Notes: a model not told the origin generated them from the letters alone. 64,000 nt of DNA from Acidimicrobiia bacterium (GCA_035512955.1 DATKCZ010000013.1:305-64304), one strand, 5' to 3'. Positions 52,851 through 62,521 are shown, numbered from the stretch's first letter. Numbers and translations are program-made.

Positions 52851-54755
52851 TCAGTCGCCTGGCCCGGTGAGGACTGCGGACAACGTACGGAAGAGGATGC
52901 GCAAATCGAGGGTCATCGACTGATCCTCGACGTACTTCTCGTCGAGGTCTGTGCGCTCCTCGATCGAGAGCGTGTCACGCCCTTCGATCTGGGCCAGCCC
53001 GGTGATCCCCGGTTTGACTGCGAAGCGCCGGTTATCGACCCCGACCACGTCGGCTTCCGACTCGACGAGGGGGCGGGGGCCGACCAACGACATCGAGCCC
53101 TCGAGAACGTTCCACAGGTTGGGCAGCTCATCTATCGACCAACGTCTCAAGAAGTGGCCGACACCGGTGATACGTTCGTCGTCTTCGATACGGATCGAGG
53201 CGACGGTGTCTTCATGACGGGCCGCCTGGAGACGGGCGAGGTGCTCGGCGAACACGGATTCGTCGGCCTCCGGGACCATGCTTCTGATCTTCAACAGCCC
53301 GAACGGGCGCAGGTTCCTCCCCATCCTCGTCTGCCTGAAGAAGATCGGCCCCTTGCTGTCGACCCGAACTGCTAACCCGGCGGCCAAGACGATCGGGGCG
53401 GTCAACACCAGGAGCACCAGCGACACCCCGATGTCGACCGTTCTCTTGGCGAGTTGGTAGGCGGCCCGGCTGCCCCGGGCCGTCCTCGCAGTCTCCCCGA
53501 CGGCAACCGCCCCGGTGACCAGGGCGATCAAGGCGACGACCTCGCCGCTGGCGAACCCCAGGGCCACCCTCCCCACGGCGTCGATCCCATTCACCAGAGT
53601 GGACGCGCTCGCTGCCGCGGCCAGACCGGCCAGCCATGCCACACCGAGACGGACCGGCTGGTTGCGAGCCACGAGGATCTGTCCCACGAAGAGCCCCGCG
53701 CCGGCGAGCACCACCCCCACCGCCACGGCCGAGGTGACGAACCTGGTCGGGGCGAAGTCCGACCCGAATGCCACCTCTACCACCCACGGGCCAAGAAACC
53801 AGCCCAGAGCGGCGGCCAGGAGGGAGAGCCCGGCTGCGGCCCAAGCCATGCCCCGAGCCCACGATCTCAACTCATGTCGCTCGCCCCTGGCAGCCATCTC
53901 GGTGAAGGGCGGGAGGACCCGGGCAAGGAGGTTGTACCCGAAGGTCAACGGCGCGCGGCCCAGCGTGAATGCGGCGAAGGCGATGCTGATCTCGACAGGC
54001 GAGCCGCCGAGGAACCCCACGATGAGGGGCCCACCCAGCAACAGAGCTTGAGATGCGGCGGAGGCGAGGACCAGCCCGCTGAGAAGCCCCCGGTCAGACA
54101 TCATCTCGCGCTCGGCGGCGTCGAGCTGCCTGCGTCCCAATTCGACCTTTTGGAACGGATGCCACAGCATCACGATCGCCGGGCCGATGATCAGACCGAG
54201 TGCAAAACCCGACGCCGAAGGTCGAACGATGGTGACGCCGATCGCCACTACGAGCCTCAGCACCGAGGCGGCTCCCGAGGAAAGCCCGTATGCGCGGAAC
54301 CGCCGCCATCCTGCGAGATGCCCCCGGGCCGCGGCGAAGAAGAAGTGTCCCGCCACGGTGAGGGTCGTGAATACGATGAAACGCCGGTCGCCGTTGAGGT
54401 AGGAGTCGACGCCGAGCCAGGCGAAGAGGGTGGAACCCAGGATGCTCAGACCTCCCAGCCAGTAGGCGCGTAGGGGGAGACCCGTGTCGGAGCGATCCAC
54501 GGTGAGACGGCGCACCACCAGTTGCTCGATGGGCATGAGGAGCACTATGAAGGTGAGGAAGTGCACCGTGAGCAACACCGACACCGGGGCGAAGGCCTCG
54601 GCCCCAAGAGTCCGCCCACCGATCAGTTGGTAGGCGTACGCGGCGACACCGGCCACGGCACTGCCCCCCACGATGTACGCCGTGCCATCGCTGCGCAGGT
54701 AGGCGTATCGGGTCTCAGGCGTGGAGGGTGCGCGCTCGCTTTCGGAGTCCATCAA
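52851..54755 (-). CDS. Fusion protein: 12-TM polysaccharide-flippase-like (Wzx/MOP-like) domain plus C-terminal monotopic phosphoglycosyl transferase (bacterial sugar transferase)
   Basis: The C-terminal roughly 200 aa carry KRTVDIGVSLVLLVLTAPI, SKGPIFFRQTRMG, LLKIRSM, DELPNLWNVLEGSMSLVGPRPL and KPGITGLAQ. The N-terminal roughly 430 aa have about 12 hydrophobic segments. The flippase assignment is inference only. Confidence 0.8.
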   Translation of the reverse strand: MMDSESERAPSTPETRYAYLRSDGTAYIVGGSAVAGVAAYAYQLIGGRTLGAEAFAPVSVLLTVHFLTFIVLLMPIEQLVVRRLTVDRSDTGLPLRAYWLGGLSILGSTLFAWLGVDSYLNGDRRFIVFTTLTVAGHFFFAAARGHLAGWRRFRAYGLSSGAASVLRLVVAIGVTIVRPSASGFALGLIIGPAIVMLWHPFQKVELGRRQLDAAEREMMSDRGLLSGLVLASAASQALLLGGPLIVGFLGGSPVEISIAFAAFTLGRAPLTFGYNLLARVLPPFTEMAARGERHELRSWARGMAWAAAGLSLLAAALGWFLGPWVVEVAFGSDFAPTRFVTSAVAVGVVLAGAGLFVGQILVARNQPVRLGVAWLAGLAAAASASTLVNGIDAVGRVALGFASGEVVALIALVTGAVAVGETARTARGSRAAYQLAKRTVDIGVSLVLLVLTAPIVLAAGLAVRVDSKGPIFFRQTRMGRNLRPFGLLKIRSMVPEADESVFAEHLARLQAARHEDTVASIRIEDDERITGVGHFLRRWSIDELPNLWNVLEGSMSLVGPRPLVESEADVVGVDNRRFAVKPGITGLAQIEGRDTLSIEERTDLDEKYVEDQSMTLDLRILFRTLSAVLTGPGD

Positions 54756-54867
54756 ACCGGTGTTAGCTCAATCGGGTCTCGGCATTGGGGATTTTGGTAC
54801 TCGCGTTGAGAAATTGCCGCCCCCGAAGCTAGGGAAACACCGTATGGCCCCATAAGATCGGAGTGGC

Positions 54868-56328
54868 TTGGCATCTACTGCAGACACCCCCGGGACGAGC
54901 TCGAAGCGTGCATCGCTTGCCGCGCTGGCATCTGCGGTTGTCCCCGGTTGGGGCCAGATATATGCCGGCAGGCCGGAGCGGGGCAAACGCCTGCTGATCG
55001 TCGACGGGGCGATCGTCGCCCTCAGCCTGGGCGCCATTCTCTGGCTCCGGCTCGATGTCCTCAAGCTGTGGGTGTCGACCACTGCGCTCGCCTCGATGAT
55101 GGTGGTCAACCTGGTGTTGCTGGGTTACCGGTGGTTGGTGGCCACCGACGCCTACCAGTCGGCAGGCGAGCCCGCGCCACGCTGGCAGACCAATCTCGTC
55201 ATCGGCGTGGTCGCTTTCGTGCTGGTAATCCCCCATCTCATCTTCGGCTATCTGACGGTGACCCAATACAGCCTCATCAGCAGTGTGTTCGGGGGACCCG
55301 AGCCGGTGGCGTTGCCCCCCGAGGCGACGACCACCACCCTGAGCGGCGACCCCGTGTTGGCTCCGGTGACCACCACGCCGGCGGTGGTTACCGCGACGAC
55401 GGTGGGGCCCGCCCTGTGGGACGGCCTGGAGCGTCTCAACATCGCCCTGCTCGGCGCCGATGCCGGAGCGGGGCGACAGGGGCTGCGCACCGACACCGCG
55501 ATCGTCGTCAGTCTGGACCCACAAACCGGCGATGCGGTGATGTTCTCCGTTCCCCGGGACCTCTCCAATGCGCCCCTACCCGACGGGATGGGGCGATGGG
55601 ACTGTGACTGCTTCCCCGATTTGTTCACCCATCTCTATGACGCGGGCGAGACCAATCCCGCGGTCTTCGAGGGCCCCGACACCCCGGGCATCAATGCCGT
55701 CAAGGGTGCCCTGGGTGAGATGTTCGGCATTCCGATCCACCACTACGCGCTGGTGACTCTCGACGGTTTCGTCGACATCGTCGACGCTCTGGGTGGGGTG
55801 ACCATCGAGGTCCCGGTGACGATCTTCGACAACGAGTACCCCCACGAAGACGGGACCATCGAGAGCATGACTATCGAGGCCGGGACCAGACATCTGAATG
55901 GTCACGAGGCCCTGGCCTACGCGCGTATCCGACGCCAGTCCAATGACTTCGCCCGGATGCACCGTCAGCGCTGTGTGCTCGAAGCGGTGGTCGAGCAGTC
56001 GAGCCCCACCGAGATCCTCTTCAGGTTTGGCGCCATTGCCGAGGCCCTGAAGCGGAGCCTGGTCACCGACATTCCCGAAGAGAGACTGGCCGACTTCATC
56101 GACCTTCTGCCCAAACTGTCCACAGAGCGCATCGTCAGTCTCCGGATCACCCGGGAGCGGTACAAGAGCGGCGAGGGCGACGGCCGTGTCTACTACGACA
56201 TCGAAAGGATCAGGGACGACGCCCGGGCGCTCATGGAGAATCCGGGCTCGGCCCTGGCCGATCTCGGTTTGGACAGCCTCGACGGGACATGTGGGGAGGG
56301 AGACGAGGACCCGTCAACGGGGCTTTAA
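54868..56328 (+). CDS. LCP (LytR-CpsA-Psr) family glycopolymer ligase with N-terminal multi-TM domain
   Basis: LCP blocks are LNIALLGADAG..RTDT, FSVPRDL, HHYALVTLDGFVDIVDALGGV and LAYARIRRQSNDFARMHRQ. The N-terminus has a PGWGQIYAGR motif and TM segments. The start (TTG 54868) is uncertain. Confidence 0.85.
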   Translation: MASTADTPGTSSKRASLAALASAVVPGWGQIYAGRPERGKRLLIVDGAIVALSLGAILWLRLDVLKLWVSTTALASMMVVNLVLLGYRWLVATDAYQSAGEPAPRWQTNLVIGVVAFVLVIPHLIFGYLTVTQYSLISSVFGGPEPVALPPEATTTTLSGDPVLAPVTTTPAVVTATTVGPALWDGLERLNIALLGADAGAGRQGLRTDTAIVVSLDPQTGDAVMFSVPRDLSNAPLPDGMGRWDCDCFPDLFTHLYDAGETNPAVFEGPDTPGINAVKGALGEMFGIPIHHYALVTLDGFVDIVDALGGVTIEVPVTIFDNEYPHEDGTIESMTIEAGTRHLNGHEALAYARIRRQSNDFARMHRQRCVLEAVVEQSSPTEILFRFGAIAEALKRSLVTDIPEERLADFIDLLPKLSTERIVSLRITRERYKSGEGDGRVYYDIERIRDDARALMENPGSALADLGLDSLDGTCGEGDEDPSTGL

Positions 56329-56375
56329 CCCCGGAACCCATGTGCGCCGGCAGTCGTTGATTCGGCACCTTCGCC

Positions 56376-57814
56376 ATGTCACGATCCGCCCCCATCGACG
56401 CCGCCTCGAAGAGACCGAGTGGTCTGGTAGCGATCGCCTCCTCGATCGCTCCCGGTTGGGGCCACATCCTCATCGGGAGGGTGGGAGTCGGCCGTGCCCT
56501 CTTGTTCGTCGACGGGCTCTCGGTGGTGGCGGTGCTGGTATCGGTCTTCTGGTTCCAGGTCGAGCTGGTCGAGGCGTGGGTTACCCCCACGGCTCTGGTG
56601 GCAATCCTGGGTCTGAACCTCGGAGCGCTGATCTACCGGGCCTCGGTCACGGTCGACTCCTTCCTCACCTCGGGCTCTCGTCGATGGTATGACTGGGTCG
56701 GAGCGATGCTGGCAGGCATCCTCCTGGTCGCCCCCCACCTCCTAATCGCCGGTCTGACCCTCATCCAGTACGACCTCCTCGACACCGTCTTCGCCCCCGC
56801 CGGGGTCGAGGCCGCGGCGGCAACGTCGACGAGCGCGGGGCGCCCGCGCCGACGACCACCGCCGTAGAGGCCACCACTTCCACGTGGCCAACGACGACGA
56901 CCACCACGGAACCGAAGATCTGGGATGGGCACCAGAGACTCAACATCATGCTGCTCGGCAGCGACGCCGGCGTGGGTCGCATCGGGACCCGAACCGACAC
57001 CATCATCTTGGTGAGTATCGAGCCGGAGCCCGGGAAGGTGGCGATGTTCTCGGTACCGAGGAATCTCTCCGCCGCCCCGCTCCCCGAGGGGATGGGTCGG
57101 TGGGACTGTGACTGCTTGCCCGACATCATCACCCACCTCTGGGCGAACGGTGAGTGGTATCCCGATGCCTTCCCTGGCCCCCAGGAGCCGCCCATCAACG
57201 CGTTGAAAGGGGCACTCGGCCTCATCTTCGACGTCGACATCCATTACTACGCCAAGGTCGACCTCAGGGGCTTCGTGGGCGTGGTCGATGCGCTCGGCGG
57301 GGTCTCGATCGACGTCCCGGAGACCATCGTCGAACCCATCTACCCCCACGAGGACGGGGGCACCGAGCACGTCGTCATCGAGGAGGGGGCCCAGGTGCTC
57401 GATGGGCACCGCGCCCTGGCGTACGCGCGCATCCGCCGTAACTCGGGGGACTTCGCCCGGATGCATCGTCAGCGATGTGTCCTGGGCGCCCTGGCCAACC
57501 AGATCGGGCCGTTCGACGTGCTCAGCGGCTATCACCAGTTGGCGACCGCGATCGAGGAAAACGTGGTGACCGACATCCCGATCGACCGTCTCGGCGACTT
57601 CGTCGAGTGGCTGCCCAAGGTGAGCACCTCGAGGGTGGCTTCGCTGCGGATCACTCGTTACAACTACGGGGCGGGAGGTCACCCCGGCCAGCAGTTCTAC
57701 GATCTGGAACGGCTGAGGGCTGACGCCCACGCCCTCATGGCCGACCCCGAGACCGCCCTCGACACTCTCGACGGGTTTGGCCTCGATGCGACCTGTGAGG
57801 AGTCCTTCGAATAG
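56376..57814 (+). pseudogene. Second LCP family gene, split by a frameshift into a membrane N-terminal ORF (56376-56867) and a catalytic ORF (frame open upstream, first ATG at 56948, ends 57814)
   Basis: It is colinear with 54868..56328. The reading frame changes from frame 0 to frame 2 between about 56815 and 56850. One extra G in the G4 run at 56837-56840 would restore ...AAAATSTSAG-APAPTTTAVE... Confidence 0.7.
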
Positions 57815-57833
57815 CGGGGTTACTGTCGGGGGG

Positions 57834-59504
57834 GTGACCACAGCCTTCCAGTTGGCCGACGACCTGGTCGACGAATTCTGCGCCCTCGACCCGATCATCG
57901 CGACACATCTGGGTGTGGCAGGCTCCGACGATCGTTGGGGTGACTCGTTCGGTCTCGCCGGGCTCGAGGCCGAGAGAGAACTGCGGGAGCGGTACGTGTC
58001 GCGGTTCGGTCCGTTCACACAGAGCGCCGACCCGAGAGAGCGGCTCGCCGCCCGGGTCATGGTGGGCTCGATGGTCGAAGCGCGCCGCTCGTACGAGCAC
58101 GGTGACCACTTCCGTGACCTGAGGCACCTCGCCTCCCCGTTCCACAGCATCCGGTCGGTGTTCGATGTGATGAAGACCGCCACCACCGAGGACCGAGACC
58201 ACGTCATCGCCAGACTCGAGACAATCGCCCAACCGCTTCGAGACTACGTCTCGCTTCTCCAGACGGGGAACTCCGCCGGGGTGGTCGTGGCGCAGCGTCA
58301 AGTGCGTTCCGTCATCCGCCAGGCCCGCCGCATGTCCGACGACACCGCCTCGACCGACGCCATCGTCGACAAGCTCGAAGCCTCGGGTCTCGGCTCCGGA
58401 CGGCTCTCGGCTGCGGCCGACACCGCCAGGGCCGCCATCGGCGAGTTCGCACATTGGCTGGAGACCGGCTATCTGCCCCATGCCGTCGAAGAGGATGCAG
58501 TCGGTCGTGACACCTACATCCGCGCCGCCGACCGTCTCGTCGGCCTGGAGGTCGATCCTGATGAGGCCTATCAGTGGGGCTGGGACGAGTTCCATCGTCT
58601 TCAAGCCGAGATGCAGAACGTGAGCGACGAGATCCTGCCCGGTCAAGGGGTGGAGAGCGTCAAGCACCACCTCGAGACCGATCCGGAAGTGACGGCAGCC
58701 GGCACCGACGCACTGATCGTCTTCGTCGAGCAGACCCTGGCCCGGGCGGTAGCCGATCTCGCCGGGTCGCACTTCGAGGTGCCCCACCTGATCAGGCCGC
58801 TGACCGTGCAGTTGGCGCCCCCCGGCAGCCCGCTGGGTGCCTATTACGTCGGGCCATCGGAGGATTTCAGCCGCCCCGGTGGTGTCTGGTACTCGATCGG
58901 GGATCAGGAGATTTTCCCGCTCTATCAGCATGTCTCGACCGCCTACCACGAGGGCTTTCCAGGCCATCACCTCCAGATCGCCACCGCCATGTCACGAGGT
59001 GAGGAGATAAGCCGGTTCCAGCGGGTCTTGACCTGGTACCCGGGCTACGGCGAAGGCTGGGCGATGTATGCCGAGGTGCTCATGGGGGAGCTCGGGTATC
59101 TCGACGACCCCACGCACTATTTCGGGATGTTGGCCAAGCAGATGTATCGGGCGGCCCGGGTGATCGTCGACATCGGCCTCCACCTGGGAAAGGACATCCC
59201 CCTGTCGGCCCCGATCGCACCGGGCGAGAAGTGGTCCTTCGAGCATGCCGTCGAGTTCATGCAGGTCTACGGCTTTCGAACCGAGGACCAGGCGAGCGAC
59301 GAGGTGCTGCGATACCTGGGCTGGCCGGGTCAGGCCATCGCCTACAAGCTGGGCGAGCGGGAGATCCTCTCGATCAGGGACGAGACCAAGACACGGCTGG
59401 GATCGGCCTTCGATCTGAAGGAGTTCCACTCAACCGTGCTCAACCACGGGGCGATGCGGCTCGATCTCCTTCGTGAGGTGGTGGCCGACCGGCTGGGGTC
59501 GTGA
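57834..59504 (+). CDS. DUF885 family protein
   Basis: Motifs are YHEGFPGHHLQ and GWAMYAE. I chose the GTG at 57834, which lies after the LCP stop. Confidence 0.8.
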   Translation: MTTAFQLADDLVDEFCALDPIIATHLGVAGSDDRWGDSFGLAGLEAERELRERYVSRFGPFTQSADPRERLAARVMVGSMVEARRSYEHGDHFRDLRHLASPFHSIRSVFDVMKTATTEDRDHVIARLETIAQPLRDYVSLLQTGNSAGVVVAQRQVRSVIRQARRMSDDTASTDAIVDKLEASGLGSGRLSAAADTARAAIGEFAHWLETGYLPHAVEEDAVGRDTYIRAADRLVGLEVDPDEAYQWGWDEFHRLQAEMQNVSDEILPGQGVESVKHHLETDPEVTAAGTDALIVFVEQTLARAVADLAGSHFEVPHLIRPLTVQLAPPGSPLGAYYVGPSEDFSRPGGVWYSIGDQEIFPLYQHVSTAYHEGFPGHHLQIATAMSRGEEISRFQRVLTWYPGYGEGWAMYAEVLMGELGYLDDPTHYFGMLAKQMYRAARVIVDIGLHLGKDIPLSAPIAPGEKWSFEHAVEFMQVYGFRTEDQASDEVLRYLGWPGQAIAYKLGEREILSIRDETKTRLGSAFDLKEFHSTVLNHGAMRLDLLREVVADRLGS

Positions 59505-59944
59505 GGGACGCATCCGTCAGGAGGTGGTCGGCGTTCCACAGGCTGGTGTACCGGCTGACCGGGGGTTTGGTCGGCCGACGGCTGGCCGACAACGACGTGC
59601 TGTTGCTGACGACCAGAGGGCACATCACCGGCCGCCGACACACCGTGCCGCTGCTCTACTTGAGGGATGGCGAGAGGCTCGTCGTCATCGCCTCCTACGG
59701 AGGGAGGGCGCAGCACCCAACCTGGTACCGGAACCTGGTCTATCAGCCGTCGGTCGAGGTCCAGGTCGAAGGGGTCTACGTGCCGATGACGGCCCGGCCC
59801 GCCACCGGGACCGAGCGATCCGAGTGGTGGCCGCGGGTGGTCGCCGCCTACGAGGGCTACGCGACCTATCAGGCGAGGACCGATCGGGTGATCCCGGTGG
59901 TGTTCCTCGAGCCCGGAGATCGATCCGAGGACCGCGCGGACTGA
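59501..59944 (+). CDS. Nitroreductase-family deazaflavin (F420)-dependent oxidoreductase (DDN family)
   Basis: Motifs are LLLTTRGHITGRRHTVPLLYL, HPTWYRNL and IPVVFLEP. Confidence 0.85.
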   Translation: MRDASVRRWSAFHRLVYRLTGGLVGRRLADNDVLLLTTRGHITGRRHTVPLLYLRDGERLVVIASYGGRAQHPTWYRNLVYQPSVEVQVEGVYVPMTARPATGTERSEWWPRVVAAYEGYATYQARTDRVIPVVFLEPGDRSEDRAD

Positions 59945-60045
59945 TTGGTGGAGACCTCGGCTGCGGGTGACCCCGCTCCTGGCTGTCAGGGTCAATGGAC
60001 CGTGGGGCCTATTTCGCAAAACCCCTGGCCTCCCGAAGAAAACAC

Positions 60046-61443
60046 ATGGGCAATGTGGCGCGAAGCCGTTCCACGTTCAGAAGGCGGACGATCGTGGTCT
60101 CGGTCGGCTTCGCTCTGTTCGTGCTGTTCCTGGTGGCGGGTCTGGCGTTCGCCAACTCGATCAGCGTCACCAGGGTGACCAACAACGCCCGCTCGCTGCA
60201 TTGGACCAATGCGGCCGTGGGCACCTCGGCGCTCATCCGCGCCGGCCTCGTCCAGGCGGTCACCTTCGCCGAGCTGGAGGGCACCGGCGTGGTGACATCG
60301 GAGGATTTCGAGTTCGCCATGGAGCAGGTCGATGGGGCCGACTCGGAGTTGGAGGACCTGCTCGCAACGGGGACTGCCCACGAATCCCATGCGGCATTGG
60401 CGCGATTCTTCGCATACGTCGCGGACACCGTCGACTTGCTGCACAGCGGCGATGTCGCCGCAGCCAAGGAACAGGTCATCACCGACGTGGAGACCTCATA
60501 CCAAGACCTGGTGAGTGCTCTCGATGCGGAACAGGCCGCCATCCAGTCGGCGATCGAGGAGAACAGCGAGGCCGGCCGAACCCTCAACGCTTGGGTCGTC
60601 TTCATCCTCACCTTGGCCGTGCCTGGCTCTGCGGTGGTGGCCTACTTCGTCATCGCACGACGTCAGGTGCGGGCCCTCCAGGAGCGCAGCCGGGTGGAGA
60701 TCGAGGCCGAGCGCACGGTCAGCCGGGCCAAGGACGCCTTCATCGCCGGCCTGTCCCACGAGCTGAGGACCCCTTTGACCTCGATATACGGCTTCGCCGA
60801 GTTGCTCACCGACGGTGACGTCAAGGGTGTCGAGGCCAGCCGGGAGACGGCCCGGATCATCGCCAATGAGGCTGCGGAGATGACCCGGATGGTCGACGAC
60901 TTGTTGGCCGCCTCCCGCTTGGAGAGCACCGGTATCGAGATCGAGATGACCCCCACCGCGCTCCAGGAGGTGGTGGAGGGAGCGGTCAACCCGTTCCAGC
61001 GTGCCGGTCTCGAGATCGACCGGGAGCCGACGTCGGTGACCATCAACACCGACGGCGCCCGGCTGAGGCAAGTCCTGGTCAATCTGATCTCCAATGCGGT
61101 CCGCCACGGCGGGCCCAAGATGGGTTTGGTGGTCTCTCTCGGGCCGAGCACCGCCGAGATCGAGGTTTGGGACAACGGCTCCGGTGTCCCCGAGGACCGG
61201 GTCGAGCGTCTGTTCCAGCGCTTCGTCCACGATGGGGCGGCCTCTCTGCTCACCGGAAGCATTGGGCTCGGTCTGGCGGTGGCGTCACGTCTCACCGATC
61301 TCCTGGGCGGCGAGCTGCAGTACCAGCGCTACTCGGGCAGGACCTACTTCACCCTCACCCTCCCGTTGTCGGCCGAGAGCGAAGAAGAGTCCAGGGACGA
61401 TGAAGAGTCGGTGGCCTCGATGATCAAGGCGCTTTCGACATGA
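60046..61443 (+). CDS. Sensor histidine kinase (two TM segments, extracytoplasmic helical domain) with no adjacent response regulator
   Basis: It has the H-box AGLSHELRTPL, N-box LISNAVRHG, and G-boxes DNGSGV and GLGLAV. Confidence 0.88.
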   Translation: MGNVARSRSTFRRRTIVVSVGFALFVLFLVAGLAFANSISVTRVTNNARSLHWTNAAVGTSALIRAGLVQAVTFAELEGTGVVTSEDFEFAMEQVDGADSELEDLLATGTAHESHAALARFFAYVADTVDLLHSGDVAAAKEQVITDVETSYQDLVSALDAEQAAIQSAIEENSEAGRTLNAWVVFILTLAVPGSAVVAYFVIARRQVRALQERSRVEIEAERTVSRAKDAFIAGLSHELRTPLTSIYGFAELLTDGDVKGVEASRETARIIANEAAEMTRMVDDLLAASRLESTGIEIEMTPTALQEVVEGAVNPFQRAGLEIDREPTSVTINTDGARLRQVLVNLISNAVRHGGPKMGLVVSLGPSTAEIEVWDNGSGVPEDRVERLFQRFVHDGAASLLTGSIGLGLAVASRLTDLLGGELQYQRYSGRTYFTLTLPLSAESEEESRDDEESVASMIKALST

Positions 61444-62504
61444 GGAGATGTCTGGGCGGCGTTCTCGTCATGGCACTGCTGGTTCCTGCCGTCGTGGCAT
61501 CGGCTGGCAGCGAGAACTATCGCGACGACTTCGGGGAGATCAGCTACTCGGGCAGTGACGGCAGTCTCGAATGGTCGGACCCGTGGGTGGAGTCCGAGGA
61601 CAACGACCCCGAGGGCGGGAACGACCCCGCCGCCGGCCAGATCAGGGTCGTCGACGACGGGAATTGCTCCAACAACAAGTGTCTCCGTATAGAGGGTGGT
61701 CCCCTGGCACAGCTCTGGATCAGCAGGAAGGCCGATCTCACCGGGTTCATGACGGCCGATCTGTCGTTCGATCTCGAAATCGACCCGGCACTCCTCTCCA
61801 CTGCGACGCTTGCCGTCCAGGTGAGGGGAAACGGATCGGGATGGAAGACGCTGAAGACCTACCCGCTCCTCTTGAACGATGGCTCATTCGAAGAGTCGTT
61901 TGACGTCTCCTCATACATCGGCGCCGACTTCGAGCTTCTCTTCAGTCTCGACAACGTCCTCGGCGGCGATGACGTGTACATTGACAGAGTCGAGATCGAA
62001 GGGTCGGTGACTCCCTCGACGTCGACCACCTCGACCACCTCCCTCACGACCATCTCCGTCCCGACCATCACCGTCCCGACCATCTCCGTCTCAACCACCT
62101 CAACTACCTCCGCCCCGACCACCTCAACGACCCAGCCCCGGGTGACAACCACCACACCCCGGCCCAATACGACCGAGACCGAGGACCCATCTTCGAGCGC
62201 TGGTGAGGGTGCCACTACCACCACCACTAATCCCACCGCCTCGGCCGACCTTCCGATCCCACCCGGTGACGGCGGGCTCAGAGACCCCGGGGTGGGTCTC
62301 CTCGCCGACTACCGGCCGGGAATGATGGGTGCCCTCGACTTCGAGGGGGTCGAGGTTCTCGGTGCAGAGATCAACGCAGACTTCACCATCGCCGTCGAGG
62401 TCTTCGAAGCCACCAAGCTGTGGATCGCGGTTCTGGCGCTGCTGATCACGACGGTCCTGGTCAGCGGTCTCGACCGGCGACGCTCGAAGTTGGGGCCCGG
62501 TTAG
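61440..62504 (+). CDS. Secreted, C-terminally membrane-anchored protein with a jelly-roll-like N-domain and a Thr/Ser/Pro-rich linker
   Basis: It has an ATGA overlap with the kinase stop, a signal peptide (LLVPAVVASAGS), and a C-terminal TM followed by RRRSK. Confidence 0.65.
   Translation: MRRCLGGVLVMALLVPAVVASAGSENYRDDFGEISYSGSDGSLEWSDPWVESEDNDPEGGNDPAAGQIRVVDDGNCSNNKCLRIEGGPLAQLWISRKADLTGFMTADLSFDLEIDPALLSTATLAVQVRGNGSGWKTLKTYPLLLNDGSFEESFDVSSYIGADFELLFSLDNVLGGDDVYIDRVEIEGSVTPSTSTTSTTSLTTISVPTITVPTISVSTTSTTSAPTTSTTQPRVTTTTPRPNTTETEDPSSSAGEGATTTTTNPTASADLPIPPGDGGLRDPGVGLLADYRPGMMGALDFEGVEVLGAEINADFTIAVEVFEATKLWIAVLALLITTVLVSGLDRRRSKLGPG
62047..62091 (+). repeat. Three tandem 15-bp repeats (CGACCATCWCCGTCY) encoding T-I-S/T-V-P units
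   Basis: I read them directly as CGACCATCTCCGTCC, CGACCATCACCGTCC and CGACCATCTCCGTCT. They lie inside a longer Thr/Ser-rich tract. Confidence 0.85.
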
Positions 62505-62521
62505 CACAGGTGTCCGGGCGC

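Noticed and set aside
56884-57111. A third-frame ORF (75 aa) lies across the LCP-2 frameshift region.
   Set aside because: Its His/Arg/Asp-rich translation has no similarity to paralogue 1. Frames 0 and 2 together fully account for the LCP homology.
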